From a virus (lineage: Duplodnaviria; Heunggongvirae; Uroviricota; Caudoviricetes), in the IMG/VR virus record IMGVR_UViG_2690316318_000017, positions 1 to 33,826 of that record: DNA of 33,826 nucleotides; one strand, given 5' to 3'. Positions 1 to 8,887 of the stretch are shown here, one piece after another; position 1 is the stretch's first letter; every line of letters begins with the position of its first letter. The position numbers were made by a program, and so were the translations under genes. The notes below the pieces were generated by a model, which saw nothing but the letters and a program-made list of their open reading frames with translations, was not told the origin of the DNA and made no database searches.

Positions 1-465
1 AAACTCACCACGTAAATCAGGCAATTTATTTGTCGGATAAGCCTTTGCCAGTTCCGGGTATTTTTTTTTTCCCGTCATCGCACCGTTGCATTTCAGCCAG
101 CCTGTCGGCGGAGTGGCTGAAGGCCATGGAACAGGTACACCAACAGGTAATGCCGAACCTTCTCCCAAACCAACGTTTATGAAAATGCAGAAATAACGAG
201 CGTCCGATTTGATATCGCCAAACGGATTTTTGCGGCTTAACAGCAACGCGCGAAGCGCGGTAAGTAGCTGATCCGTTTTTTTGGGGTCAGGTTGAATATG
301 TGCACTACCAAGAACATTAAGGAGTTCCTGCTGTAAATCACGGGTTGCCCCCTGCTGATTGTTTAAATAACCAGCAGTCACGAGGGTTCCTTCTATCCCC
401 TGAGTGGGGTCACCATCATGAAACAATTGATCCGGTGTATTTATCGGGGGCATCAGATTTTGCAT
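1..465 (-). CDS. Tail fibre protein, N-terminal fragment (gene runs off window start)
   Basis: Minus-strand frame open from ATG at about 465/453 to position 1 with no stop, so absent from the ORF track; AAGGAGGAG Shine-Dalgarno just upstream; translation contains the tail-fibre motif PWPSATPPTGWLKCNGAMTGKKKYPELAKAYP...LPDLRGEF. Confidence 0.55.
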   Translation of the reverse strand, partial: MQNLMPPINTPDQLFHDGDPTQGIEGTLVTAGYLNNQQGATRDLQQELLNVLGSAHIQPDPKKTDQLLTALRALLLSRKNPFGDIKSDARYFCIFINVGLGEGSALPVGVPVPWPSATPPTGWLKCNGAMTGKKKYPELAKAYPTNKLPDLRGEF

Positions 466-1037
466 TACTGCTCCTCCTTATATGTGAAATGGCAATAAGT
501 AAAAGCGGGTTTAAGGTCTTTAAATGTTTCTTCCAGTACAGGGGCACCAAAGGAAAGTAACGGCTCCCCGGCAGCAGATACTCCGGTTCTGAATCTGTAG
601 GCTGGCGTTCTGCTTCCTGTGACATTAACCTGCCAAATCCATCGGGCATCTGTTATATAGAGACGATCACCACATCGGTTTATCCCCGCTCTGAATGGAT
701 GAAGTTCAGTAATTGTTATGGTGTACCCGAGGCTGGCTGCAAGTTGTTTAAAATAAGGGATAGATAACCCACCAGTTGCAGCCATCTTTATAAGAATATT
801 TTCTCGGCGTTCCTGCTGTGTGGCACCGTCGCGGGGTATTACTCCATACACTCGTTCCCAGTCAGACAGCGTCATGGATGCGTAAAATGGTGTGACAGAT
901 GCAAGCACTCGTGCAGCTGACGCTTTTACTTCATCCATAATGGCTGCTTCTGCGTTCAGTTCTGCTGAAATATATTTCCCGTTCGGGTCATAGCTGACCG
1001 GTGGTAACATGGCACGAAATAAATCAACCGTATTCAT
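465..1037 (-). CDS. Tail/baseplate protein, Mu gp48-like
   Basis: 190 aa ORF immediately upstream of the tail fibre gene and downstream of the baseplate J-like gene; call rests on position and size. Confidence 0.45.
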   Translation of the reverse strand: MNTVDLFRAMLPPVSYDPNGKYISAELNAEAAIMDEVKASAARVLASVTPFYASMTLSDWERVYGVIPRDGATQQERRENILIKMAATGGLSIPYFKQLAASLGYTITITELHPFRAGINRCGDRLYITDARWIWQVNVTGSRTPAYRFRTGVSAAGEPLLSFGAPVLEETFKDLKPAFTYCHFTYKEEQ

Positions 1038-1040
1038 GTA

Positions 1041-2120
1041 TTAACTCTCCCGGGGAAATGGCTGGATATCAATACTCCCCGGACGCAGCCACTCCCATGT
1101 GGATTCATTGACAACTGCTTTTACATTATCTGACGGCATAATAATTCGCCGGTCACTGACGCCAGAAATTAATGAAATCTGAGTTTCCAGTTGTGAAATA
1201 ATTAATTCCTGCCCCGGCTCCAGCCGGTTCATAAAATCCGTGATAACTTCAGTTATCTGTGGTTTTATCTGTTCAACAGTAAGACCACTGGTTTTTACCC
1301 GGACAACGAAATCAACGGCTTTTTTTGTCGGGGCCAGCACCATCGTGTCCTTCGCTGTCACCGGGCGGACTTCCTCAATATGTGCCAGCACGGCATTAAT
1401 CAGTTCCTGCGAAGGGAGGTCATTGGCTGACGTAATGGCCACATCAACCGTCCCCAGTCCACGACGCAACGGCTCCACATACGCAGACGTAACGCCATCC
1501 ACTTCCAGCGCCCAGCGTTTGTAATCATATTTATTACCGCCAGCGGGCGGCCTGCGCAGAATATCCAGATAACGCGCCAGCAGGTCGGCGTCGCTTTCCC
1601 TGTCCGTTCCGCCGGTCAGGGATTTAATCGTCACCGTGCTGTTGATGCCTTCAGGTGGGCTGACCAGCGTTGCCGTCTGCGTCGTGGATGCATTCGTCTG
1701 TGCACCCGTGGCAGTGCTTTTTACCGTCACCTCTGCGCTGCCTTCATCACCGACGGTGCAGTCTGCTGCGGTGGCCACGCTGACACCTTCACCACGAATT
1801 TCCGCACCGGCTGGCAGCGTTTTACCGGGTGTGCCGGTAATCACTGCCGGACCGGATGAGGCCGTTGCTTTTTTACGAAAAACATTGCGCGTGCGGCAGT
1901 GCAACTCCAGATATTCAGGGTCTGCCGTATCAGGAAACACCTGACGGAGTATCCACCCCTGATGCATATACAGTCCGTCCGCCACGCCGGATACGGCATT
2001 TGCACGAATGCGGTAATCGCTGTCAGCGCCGGTGTCGATGGTTTCGCCCGGCAGGGCGTTAGCGATATCACGTAGCTGGCGTTCTGTGTTTTCAGCAACG
2101 CCCGGAACAGGAAACGGCAT
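1041..2120 (-). CDS. Baseplate J-like protein (Mu gp47-like)
   Basis: 359 aa ORF in the baseplate block; size and position typical of baseplate J family. Confidence 0.6.
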   Translation of the reverse strand: MPFPVPGVAENTERQLRDIANALPGETIDTGADSDYRIRANAVSGVADGLYMHQGWILRQVFPDTADPEYLELHCRTRNVFRKKATASSGPAVITGTPGKTLPAGAEIRGEGVSVATAADCTVGDEGSAEVTVKSTATGAQTNASTTQTATLVSPPEGINSTVTIKSLTGGTDRESDADLLARYLDILRRPPAGGNKYDYKRWALEVDGVTSAYVEPLRRGLGTVDVAITSANDLPSQELINAVLAHIEEVRPVTAKDTMVLAPTKKAVDFVVRVKTSGLTVEQIKPQITEVITDFMNRLEPGQELIISQLETQISLISGVSDRRIIMPSDNVKAVVNESTWEWLRPGSIDIQPFPRES

Positions 2121-2470
2121 TACATAATCCTCACAGGGTGTTCAAACGTCTGCGGTGTGCCCGCGTTATCCGTGACGGTGATTAACAGCAACAACCAGCC
2201 GCGCTGCCCCGGTTTTGTGTCAACGGTAATGGATTTTGCCCGCCCGTCATCGAGCAGGGGCTGAAGTGCCTGGCTGGCATACTGCGCCGCAAGCTTATGA
2301 ACACGGGAAACGTCTTTTTCCCGCTTCAGCTCGTGCAGGCGTGACCCCAGCGACGCATCCGCCCAGTAACTGCCAAGCGGCGTCGCCAGTCGCAGATAAA
2401 CCGCGTTATGAAGGGTATAAATCCGACGGCGTTCGTAGTCGCCGGTTGCAGGTGAAATCGTCTGGTCCAT
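2120..2470 (-). CDS. Baseplate protein, GP46 family-like
   Basis: 116 aa ORF with stop/start overlap to the downstream J-like gene; position matches Mu gp46. Confidence 0.5.
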   Translation of the reverse strand: MDQTISPATGDYERRRIYTLHNAVYLRLATPLGSYWADASLGSRLHELKREKDVSRVHKLAAQYASQALQPLLDDGRAKSITVDTKPGQRGWLLLLITVTDNAGTPQTFEHPVRIM

Positions 2471-2507
2471 GCCGCCAGTCTGGCAGCATGGACAGGTCAG
2501 AATCAGG

Positions 2508-2526
2508 TGAGGGTGTTCAGCACTTA
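2508..2526 (-). promoter_or_regulatory. Conserved dyad motif copy 1 (candidate late promoter/activator site upstream of gp46-like baseplate gene)
   Basis: Plus-strand TGAGGGTGTTCAGCACTT in the 53-bp gap between baseplate genes, about 45 nt upstream of the gp46-like start. Confidence 0.4.
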
Positions 2527-3177
2527 ATTAACCGGCGTGTCAGACATGCCGTGTGGGGTTGGATGTTTGTGCGTTCCGATTTTAACGCCATTAATGGTGA
2601 CGTCAACGGAGGTAATCACTCCACCCACATGGTTGATATTGCCTTCAAAGGTGGCAGTGTATCGCTTGCCCCCACTGATGGCCATGCCACCGTTGCCGGT
2701 GATTTTGCCTTCCACCGTCAGCCTGTCACTGGCTGTCAGTAACGGTGTCGTGAATGTGGCGTTTTCCTCTGCCTCAACCTCGTAGCGTTTGCATTTCACG
2801 CGATAAACGTCACATTCGGTTTCAATAACCCGTCCGCGCTTCAGTACGATTTTCGCGCCTTCATCGGTATACAGGGCCACTTCCCCGGGTTTCAGTTCCG
2901 TCAGACGATATGCGCCGTGCTCTGTGGCCACCACGACAGTATGGGAGGTATTGCCGTTCAGCGGAACGGCAATACCCATTGAGCCGGGCGGCGGGGATGT
3001 GGTGAGGCCGTAATGCTGAAAATACTCCGCACCGTCCAGCTGTTCGCCTGCCAGCCCGTTAAGCTGAAGCAGCTGTACTTTGGTCGAACTGTCCACCGTA
3101 CCGGTCACCACCCTGAATGCCTGGCGAACGGCGGCCAGTGCCTGCTGTACGCGCTGATTAACTTTGTCCCACATCAT
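2524..3177 (-). CDS. Baseplate spike / assembly protein V-like (Mu gp45-like)
   Basis: 217 aa ORF between the gpD-like hub and gp46-like genes; Gly/Thr-rich with His-rich C-terminal tip (HKHPTPHG). Confidence 0.55.
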   Translation of the reverse strand: MMWDKVNQRVQQALAAVRQAFRVVTGTVDSSTKVQLLQLNGLAGEQLDGAEYFQHYGLTTSPPPGSMGIAVPLNGNTSHTVVVATEHGAYRLTELKPGEVALYTDEGAKIVLKRGRVIETECDVYRVKCKRYEVEAEENATFTTPLLTASDRLTVEGKITGNGGMAISGGKRYTATFEGNINHVGGVITSVDVTINGVKIGTHKHPTPHGMSDTPVN

Positions 3178-4385
3178 TTCTCCCAGACCTTAACAATGGC
3201 GACCTCTTTTTTCTTTTTGCCCCTGCGGTTATGGCGTTTCTTCTCGCGCGGGAAGGCATCAGGTATCCACACGCCGTCCTCCTTAAAGCGGAGCCGGGTT
3301 GTCTGCCCGTTCCGGCCTCCGCTGAACTCACGCCCCATCAGGAAAAAGATGGCATCAATGCCGTGGAGTTCGCTGACAATCCGCACCCGCTGGCCGGGCT
3401 GCCACAGAACACCATCTGCCGTGCGATGACCTGCAACCAGCGCGACGATATCCAGCCCCGACAGGCGGGCATCACTCATCATTTTTTTTGCGCGCCAGTT
3501 CACCTGCTCCAGATTGCTGGTGTCGCCCTGGGTGATTATCTGCGGGCGGTAATAATCCACGGTGGGGTCGGTGGCAACGGCTTTCATGTTATGAATGCCT
3601 GTCTGGCCACTGTCCGTATTACCGCTGTCCTGCCCGGACAATGTGCGCACGCTGCCGTCCTCGTTCCAGATATCCAGCGGCACCACGGCCACCTGTTTCT
3701 TGCTGTCTGCGCGGCGGGCGTGGCTCTGGGCCAGCACAGTAAGTTCGGAGAAACAGCCGTTAATGGACCGGGTATCGTCCAGCTCCATCACGTTGTTCCC
3801 GGTGCCGTTCAGCTTCAGAATCAGCGTATCCACCGGCGTGGTGGTGTAGTCAGGGCCACCCACAACCAGCGTCCCGTCAGGCTCAAACCACGGCCATAAG
3901 CCGCGACCGGCGGCAGCTTTGGCCAGTGCATCCCACGCACGCATCCCAGGCTCAATAACAACTTTGTCATTACGTGACACACCGGACGCCTGTATACGGA
4001 TGCGCTGTATCCCCAGTGGTCTGACTATCCTGTCGATGACCTCGTCCAGCGTCAGCTGATTGGCGCTGAACACCGGCGCGGCACAGTCCACCAGAATGGC
4101 AGCATCATCACGCCCGGACAGGGCCAGCGTGCAGCTCTGACGGGACACACTGCGGCGCACGCTGTCTATGCGCCCACTGAGCACCGTTTCGTCTCCCACC
4201 TGCAACCGGATTTGTGCGCCCCGGACGATATCCGCCGGGAACACCTTTTCAGGCAGCCCCAGCTGAAGCTGCCAGCCGTCGGCAGCTTTCAGGAAATCGC
4301 TGTCAATACGATAACTGCTCCAGTCAGAATGCGACCTTCCGGCAATGACCAGGCTAATTTTGTCTTCGTTATTTGGCGTAGGCAT
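3174..4385 (-). CDS. Baseplate hub protein, late-control-D (gpD)-like (Mu gp44/P-like)
   Basis: 403 aa ORF, 4-nt overlap with downstream gene, position after the N-like gene. Confidence 0.55.
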   Translation of the reverse strand: MPTPNNEDKISLVIAGRSHSDWSSYRIDSDFLKAADGWQLQLGLPEKVFPADIVRGAQIRLQVGDETVLSGRIDSVRRSVSRQSCTLALSGRDDAAILVDCAAPVFSANQLTLDEVIDRIVRPLGIQRIRIQASGVSRNDKVVIEPGMRAWDALAKAAAGRGLWPWFEPDGTLVVGGPDYTTTPVDTLILKLNGTGNNVMELDDTRSINGCFSELTVLAQSHARRADSKKQVAVVPLDIWNEDGSVRTLSGQDSGNTDSGQTGIHNMKAVATDPTVDYYRPQIITQGDTSNLEQVNWRAKKMMSDARLSGLDIVALVAGHRTADGVLWQPGQRVRIVSELHGIDAIFFLMGREFSGGRNGQTTRLRFKEDGVWIPDAFPREKKRHNRRGKKKKEVAIVKVWEK

Positions 4386-5718
4386 TAATTACCACCCCGG
4401 CGGTTATGTTGTTCGGGTCACGTAACTGCGGGTTCAGGCGTTGCAGTTCTGCCGCACGACTGTAATCGCCGTACCACTGCCACGCCAGCAACAGCAGACA
4501 GCTGTCCGCCTGCACCTGTTTCTGCGTCAGCGGTGGGCGGCGTGACAGAACCAGCAGGCCGACATCCTGCACGGTTGCCGCCACGTTTTTCATGCTCTGA
4601 ATGATTTCCGGGTACATCAGCCCCAGCGGTGATGCGGTTTCGGTTATCCGTTCGCGTTCGCCTTCATAGCGTTCACGGAACAGCGTGATGGCAGCCTGTA
4701 AGCGGGTGCGCACATCCCCGACCAGTCGCCCGATATCCGCCGGTATAAGCTGTTCTGACTGCGCATCATCAACCAGTATCGCCATTGCAACACTGGCCAG
4801 TTCAGATGCGGCCTGTGTTGCGTAAACTGCTTTCACATCCTGCACATCGTCTGGCGAGGCATCCGCAGGAAGTGCCACCTCCGCTACTTTATCGCCACTG
4901 ACCAGGGTAACAGGCAACGCAACAAATTCATCCATATCAGTGATGACCTTATTCCAGCAGTTCATCACTGTCGCAGAACTGGCGACGGTCGTCTCTCCTG
5001 CCAACCCGGTCCGGGTGGCAGAATCAACACGTTGCAGAACCTGCACCGGTTGCCCGACATCTGATGTGTGGATTTCCAGCACCTCTGCCAGTTCATTGAT
5101 AAATTTTCCGGGTTCGCCTGCCAGTGACACGATATTATCGACAGTGGAGACAAAATCACTTTTGAACGACAGCAGGGTATTCACCAGTGTGGCACGCACT
5201 GTCTGGGCTTTTTTAATCATGCTGTTAACGGTATTTAAAGGTGCAGTAACGGCATCAAAAAAATCACTTAACCGCGCCTGTAAAGTGTCCAGTTCATCAA
5301 ACAACTGTTGCGCGAACAGCTCCGGTAACGGGGTGCTGAACAACGCGCTACCGGTGCGGTTTTCCAGAAAACTCATGTCAATGGTGCAGCTGTCCGGGCT
5401 TTCTGCGTCATGGCGGATGTTGTAGCCGGTCACAATCACCGACGGCACAGAGCCATAAACCGGATGAATCAGTTCACCATCGCCGCCTTCATCCAGGGCG
5501 GCGGTCAGTTTCCCGAGTTTATATTCATAGTCATCGCCCCACAGGAACGCCGTCATGCGGAACGGTCGCGCCTTGCGTCCGAGGTCGTGCAAATCCGCCC
5601 CGTCAACAAACGGGTATTCATAGACCGCATGGTCGCGGCTGATTTGTTCGTCAGTATTCAGCACCTCAAACTGCACGCCACGAAAGGAAGCGTTTTGCAG
5701 GTTTTCAGCCCAGCCCAT
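4369..5718 (-). CDS. DNA circulation protein N-like (Mu gp43-like) with C-terminal LysM-like domain
   Basis: 449 aa ORF directly after the tape measure gene (start overlaps its stop); C-terminus (WYGDYSRAAELQRLNPQL...ITAGVVINA) has a LysM / P2 gpX-like pattern. Confidence 0.5.
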   Translation of the reverse strand: MGWAENLQNASFRGVQFEVLNTDEQISRDHAVYEYPFVDGADLHDLGRKARPFRMTAFLWGDDYEYKLGKLTAALDEGGDGELIHPVYGSVPSVIVTGYNIRHDAESPDSCTIDMSFLENRTGSALFSTPLPELFAQQLFDELDTLQARLSDFFDAVTAPLNTVNSMIKKAQTVRATLVNTLLSFKSDFVSTVDNIVSLAGEPGKFINELAEVLEIHTSDVGQPVQVLQRVDSATRTGLAGETTVASSATVMNCWNKVITDMDEFVALPVTLVSGDKVAEVALPADASPDDVQDVKAVYATQAASELASVAMAILVDDAQSEQLIPADIGRLVGDVRTRLQAAITLFRERYEGERERITETASPLGLMYPEIIQSMKNVAATVQDVGLLVLSRRPPLTQKQVQADSCLLLLAWQWYGDYSRAAELQRLNPQLRDPNNITAGVVINAYAK

Positions 5719-7958
5719 CAGTAAGTTCCTCCCGTACCTCTGTTACCGTCCTGAAGGTTGTATTTGTTCACTGCCTCCGCCACGACCTGACCATCGAGCA
5801 CCAGTTGTGTGGTGAAATTAATGGGGCTGGCAGGTGGTCCCCAGTGCGTGAGGTATTCCGGCTGGGTGATGCGTCCGGGTTGCCTGGATGCTGATTCAGG
5901 CGTTGTGTTTCCTGCGGCTTTGTTCACCTGCTCCGGTGATGGCAGAGCATCAGCTGCGGCTTTCAGCTCATTATCCCGTTTAAGCATTCCTTCACGGGTA
6001 AAGAACAAGGAGCCATCGTCTGCAAAAAACAAACCATGATTATCTGTAAAGTTCTTGATGGTATCGCCAACAACAGCCCCATAAAGTTCTTCTGCGGCCT
6101 CATAGCCTGCGTAAATGGTTGCAATTTTTCCGGCTGCGCCCATTATTTTTCCCAGACGTCCCTGATTGCCGGAAGCGACTTCACTGATATCTTTAACTTT
6201 GGATGCAGTATCCCCAGTATCATCGGGTTTATCTGCTCCTCCGGACACTGGATTACCGGTAATAAGTTTCAGCCCCGCAAACGTGACGGCCGCTGCTGTC
6301 ATCGCTTTAATGGCTGTGGTAGCTGTCACCACTGCTGTGGTCAACCCCGGAAATTTTTCACCCGCCCAGCTTATGGCATCGGCCACAGTCCCGGATGCAT
6401 CAGCCAGTTTTTTCACACCATCCATTTGTGAAAATTCAAGCGTGTTTTTAGCCTGTTCGGTTTTAAAATCATTCGTGTCTGATATGAATTTAAAATCCAC
6501 ATCACCCGCGCGCTGACCTTCCGGCAGGGTGCGCTGCTGATTAATCGCGTCCTCAACCTTTTTCCGGTATTCCGGGTTGTTACGGTAAGCCAGCAACGCT
6601 TTTAACGCCTGTTGGTCTGCAACCAGTTTCCCGACACCAAAGCCTTCAAGGAGTTTTGCCATCGAATCATAAACAGCCGTCTGCTCGCCTTTATCCCGGG
6701 CTGAGGCCAGTTTCTTTTGCAACTCCTGAAAGCGTTTATCGCTGGCAACGATTTTGTCTATCAGGCTGGACAGCGCATCTATCGGATCAAGTCCATGTTC
6801 GCGCGCCTGAACCAGCGTACCGGAAAAATCAATTCCTTTACCGTTGTAATCAATGCTCTTTGCCGCTGTTTCAATATCGTGGCTGGTCAGTTTAGCCAGC
6901 AGGTTAAACACGTTATTTCCGGCCTCATCACTGCTTCCCGCCGTGATGGCGGCAGCTTCATTCAGTGCCAGAATCTTGACGAAATCATCCTTGCCTCTCA
7001 TCCCCGCAGCTGACGCTGACCCCAGTTGCGAAGATAACCAGCGGGCCATGTCGCTCAGTTCAAAGCTGCCTTCTTTGCCCGCTGCAATTGCCATATTCAG
7101 GACGGTGGAAATATCTTCATCCCTGAATCCAAAAGTCTTTTTGCCCTTAAGCATCACATTAGCCAGGTCTGTCGCTGATGCACCGGAAGCCGTGGCGTAT
7201 TTCATCAGTTCAGGCAGCCACTTACTGGCTGTTTCAAATGAAATACCGCCATCTTTCAGCAGGGCATCCAGCGTTTCGGCCGCATCCTCTTTCGTGCCGC
7301 CACCATAGGTCACTGCGTTACGGATGCTGCTTTTCATCTGCTCAAGACCAGCCCTGCGTCCCTCCAGACCGCCACCACTGAAGGCGGTATTGGCCATCAT
7401 TGCCAGCTGGCGTTCGTAGCTCATCTGCTTTTTGACCGGCTGTGCCATAATGGCCGCACCTGCTGCGATACCGCCGCCTATTGTCACGGCATTCCCGCCA
7501 AATGCAGCCGCACGGGCAAAACGCCCCCGTTCAGGGATAACAGGCGTTTTCGCCATTTTCATCTGAGCCTGAGTAACGCCATCCAGTTCACGCTTGAGTG
7601 CCCGGGCTTTTTCCCGGGTGGCCTGCATGGCGCGTTCCTGCTCCTGCGCAGATTCAAAACCGGCGCGGGCCAGACGGTTATAACTGGCAACCGTCAGATA
7701 AATTTCACGCCGGATCTCGCGTTCTGCACGAATACCGAGCGTTTCCCGGGCACGGGCGGCACGCTGTATCTCTTTTGCGGCCTTTTTCGTGCTGTTAATG
7801 CTTTCCTGCTCGGTACGCTTCTGCTCTGCGCCTGCTTTCCGGGTTGCCTTTGTTACACCTTCGGTGGCTTTGATAACCTGTTTTTGTCCCTTTTCCAGGA
7901 CCTGCGAGGCTTCGTCCTTCGCAGTCAGGGTCATGCCAACTTTGAAATTACCGGCCAT
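5718..7958 (-). CDS. Tail tape measure protein
   Basis: 746 aa, Ala/Gly/Lys-rich and low complexity, located between the chaperone and the baseplate genes. Confidence 0.8.
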   Translation of the reverse strand: MAGNFKVGMTLTAKDEASQVLEKGQKQVIKATEGVTKATRKAGAEQKRTEQESINSTKKAAKEIQRAARARETLGIRAEREIRREIYLTVASYNRLARAGFESAQEQERAMQATREKARALKRELDGVTQAQMKMAKTPVIPERGRFARAAAFGGNAVTIGGGIAAGAAIMAQPVKKQMSYERQLAMMANTAFSGGGLEGRRAGLEQMKSSIRNAVTYGGGTKEDAAETLDALLKDGGISFETASKWLPELMKYATASGASATDLANVMLKGKKTFGFRDEDISTVLNMAIAAGKEGSFELSDMARWLSSQLGSASAAGMRGKDDFVKILALNEAAAITAGSSDEAGNNVFNLLAKLTSHDIETAAKSIDYNGKGIDFSGTLVQAREHGLDPIDALSSLIDKIVASDKRFQELQKKLASARDKGEQTAVYDSMAKLLEGFGVGKLVADQQALKALLAYRNNPEYRKKVEDAINQQRTLPEGQRAGDVDFKFISDTNDFKTEQAKNTLEFSQMDGVKKLADASGTVADAISWAGEKFPGLTTAVVTATTAIKAMTAAAVTFAGLKLITGNPVSGGADKPDDTGDTASKVKDISEVASGNQGRLGKIMGAAGKIATIYAGYEAAEELYGAVVGDTIKNFTDNHGLFFADDGSLFFTREGMLKRDNELKAAADALPSPEQVNKAAGNTTPESASRQPGRITQPEYLTHWGPPASPINFTTQLVLDGQVVAEAVNKYNLQDGNRGTGGTY

Positions 7959-8106
7959 TTTTCTGTTTACCTTTTCTGCGTTTCTTTCTGAGGGATTTAA
8001 ATGACTGGCGGGTGGTCTGTGAGGTGTCCTTTCTTCCTGAGCCGCCGCCGTTCAGCCTGTCAACGGCGGCAAGCCAGCCGTCCAGCTCGGGACGGCTCAT
8101 GGTCAT
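7948..8106 (-). CDS. Putative -1 frameshift extension of the tail assembly chaperone (T-like segment)
   Basis: 52-codon basic ORF (MTMSRPELDGWLAAVDRLNGGGSGRKD...RKKRRKGKQKNGR) in the -1 frame relative to the chaperone; that frame is open across the last ~28 codons of the chaperone gene; too short for the ORF track. Confidence 0.3.
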   Translation of the reverse strand: MTMSRPELDGWLAAVDRLNGGGSGRKDTSQTTRQSFKSLRKKRRKGKQKNGR

Positions 8107-8120
8107 GATTTGTTCTTCGG

Positions 8121-8504
8121 TTATTCCGTAGCGCCCGAGGATAAGGACTGCGAGCCGGAGTCCGGCGAGCCGGGATTCCCGCCGTTCCGCTTTACCTTCA
8201 GGACGTTGCGTGATGCCAGCAGAATATTAAAATCTTCCGGCGTCATGTTGTCGTGCAACAGCTCCGCCGTCAGTTCTTCCTGCGGAATATCCCCCAGACG
8301 GACCAGCGTTGCCGCCATCACCGCACAGCGGTAGTAATAATCCGCCGCGAAGCCGTCCACTGTCTGAAAGCGTTCTTCAGTTTCTTCCAGTGCCTGCCCG
8401 TTATCACGCATGACCGGCAGACGCAGCTCAAAGTTTTTATGAATGGTGCCGTTAAAAACCAGGCCATCGGACAGTTCGCCGGTCTGTGTAGCGATAATCG
8501 TCAT
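8121..8504 (-). CDS. Tail assembly chaperone (Mu gp41 position)
   Basis: 127 aa acidic ORF between the tube gene and the tape measure gene. Confidence 0.5.
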   Translation of the reverse strand: MTIIATQTGELSDGLVFNGTIHKNFELRLPVMRDNGQALEETEERFQTVDGFAADYYYRCAVMAATLVRLGDIPQEELTAELLHDNMTPEDFNILLASRNVLKVKRNGGNPGSPDSGSQSLSSGATE

Positions 8505-8875
8505 CCTTCCACCTTCCTGAGTGCAGCCATTTTGATATCAATTTTCGCTTCATTATCGACGGTGTATTTCTCACCCACTTCGGTTGTGAAGCAGTCCAGA
8601 TAAGAGGTGCGTTTGCCGCTGTTACTGAGCGGGTACAGCGAGATTTTCACACCTTCCAGATTTTCCCAGTCCGGCTCGTTGGTATCAGGAATAACCGCCG
8701 AAACGGACAGTTCGTAGGTGGCAATGCCACGGGCAAAGCCTTTAGCCCTGCCGGTTTTGTTCATGGTCTTGACCAGCTTTCGCCCGGTGTTGATCTGAAC
8801 ATCAAGGTCGGTGATCTCGATTTCCTGGCTGTCAATTTCCAACACAATCGAGCCGATATATTCTTTCAGGGACAT
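8501..8875 (-). CDS. Tail tube protein
   Basis: 124 aa ORF immediately downstream of the sheath gene, overlapping the chaperone start. Confidence 0.6.
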   Translation of the reverse strand: MSLKEYIGSIVLEIDSQEIEITDLDVQINTGRKLVKTMNKTGRAKGFARGIATYELSVSAVIPDTNEPDWENLEGVKISLYPLSNSGKRTSYLDCFTTEVGEKYTVDNEAKIDIKMAALRKVEG

Positions 8876-8887
8876 TTATCAGGCTCC

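Noticed and set aside
416-649. 77 aa minus-strand ORF across the gp48 / tail fibre junction
   Set aside because: It is out of frame with both the gp48-like gene and the open tail-fibre frame that carries the RBS and conserved motif; it is an overlap artefact.
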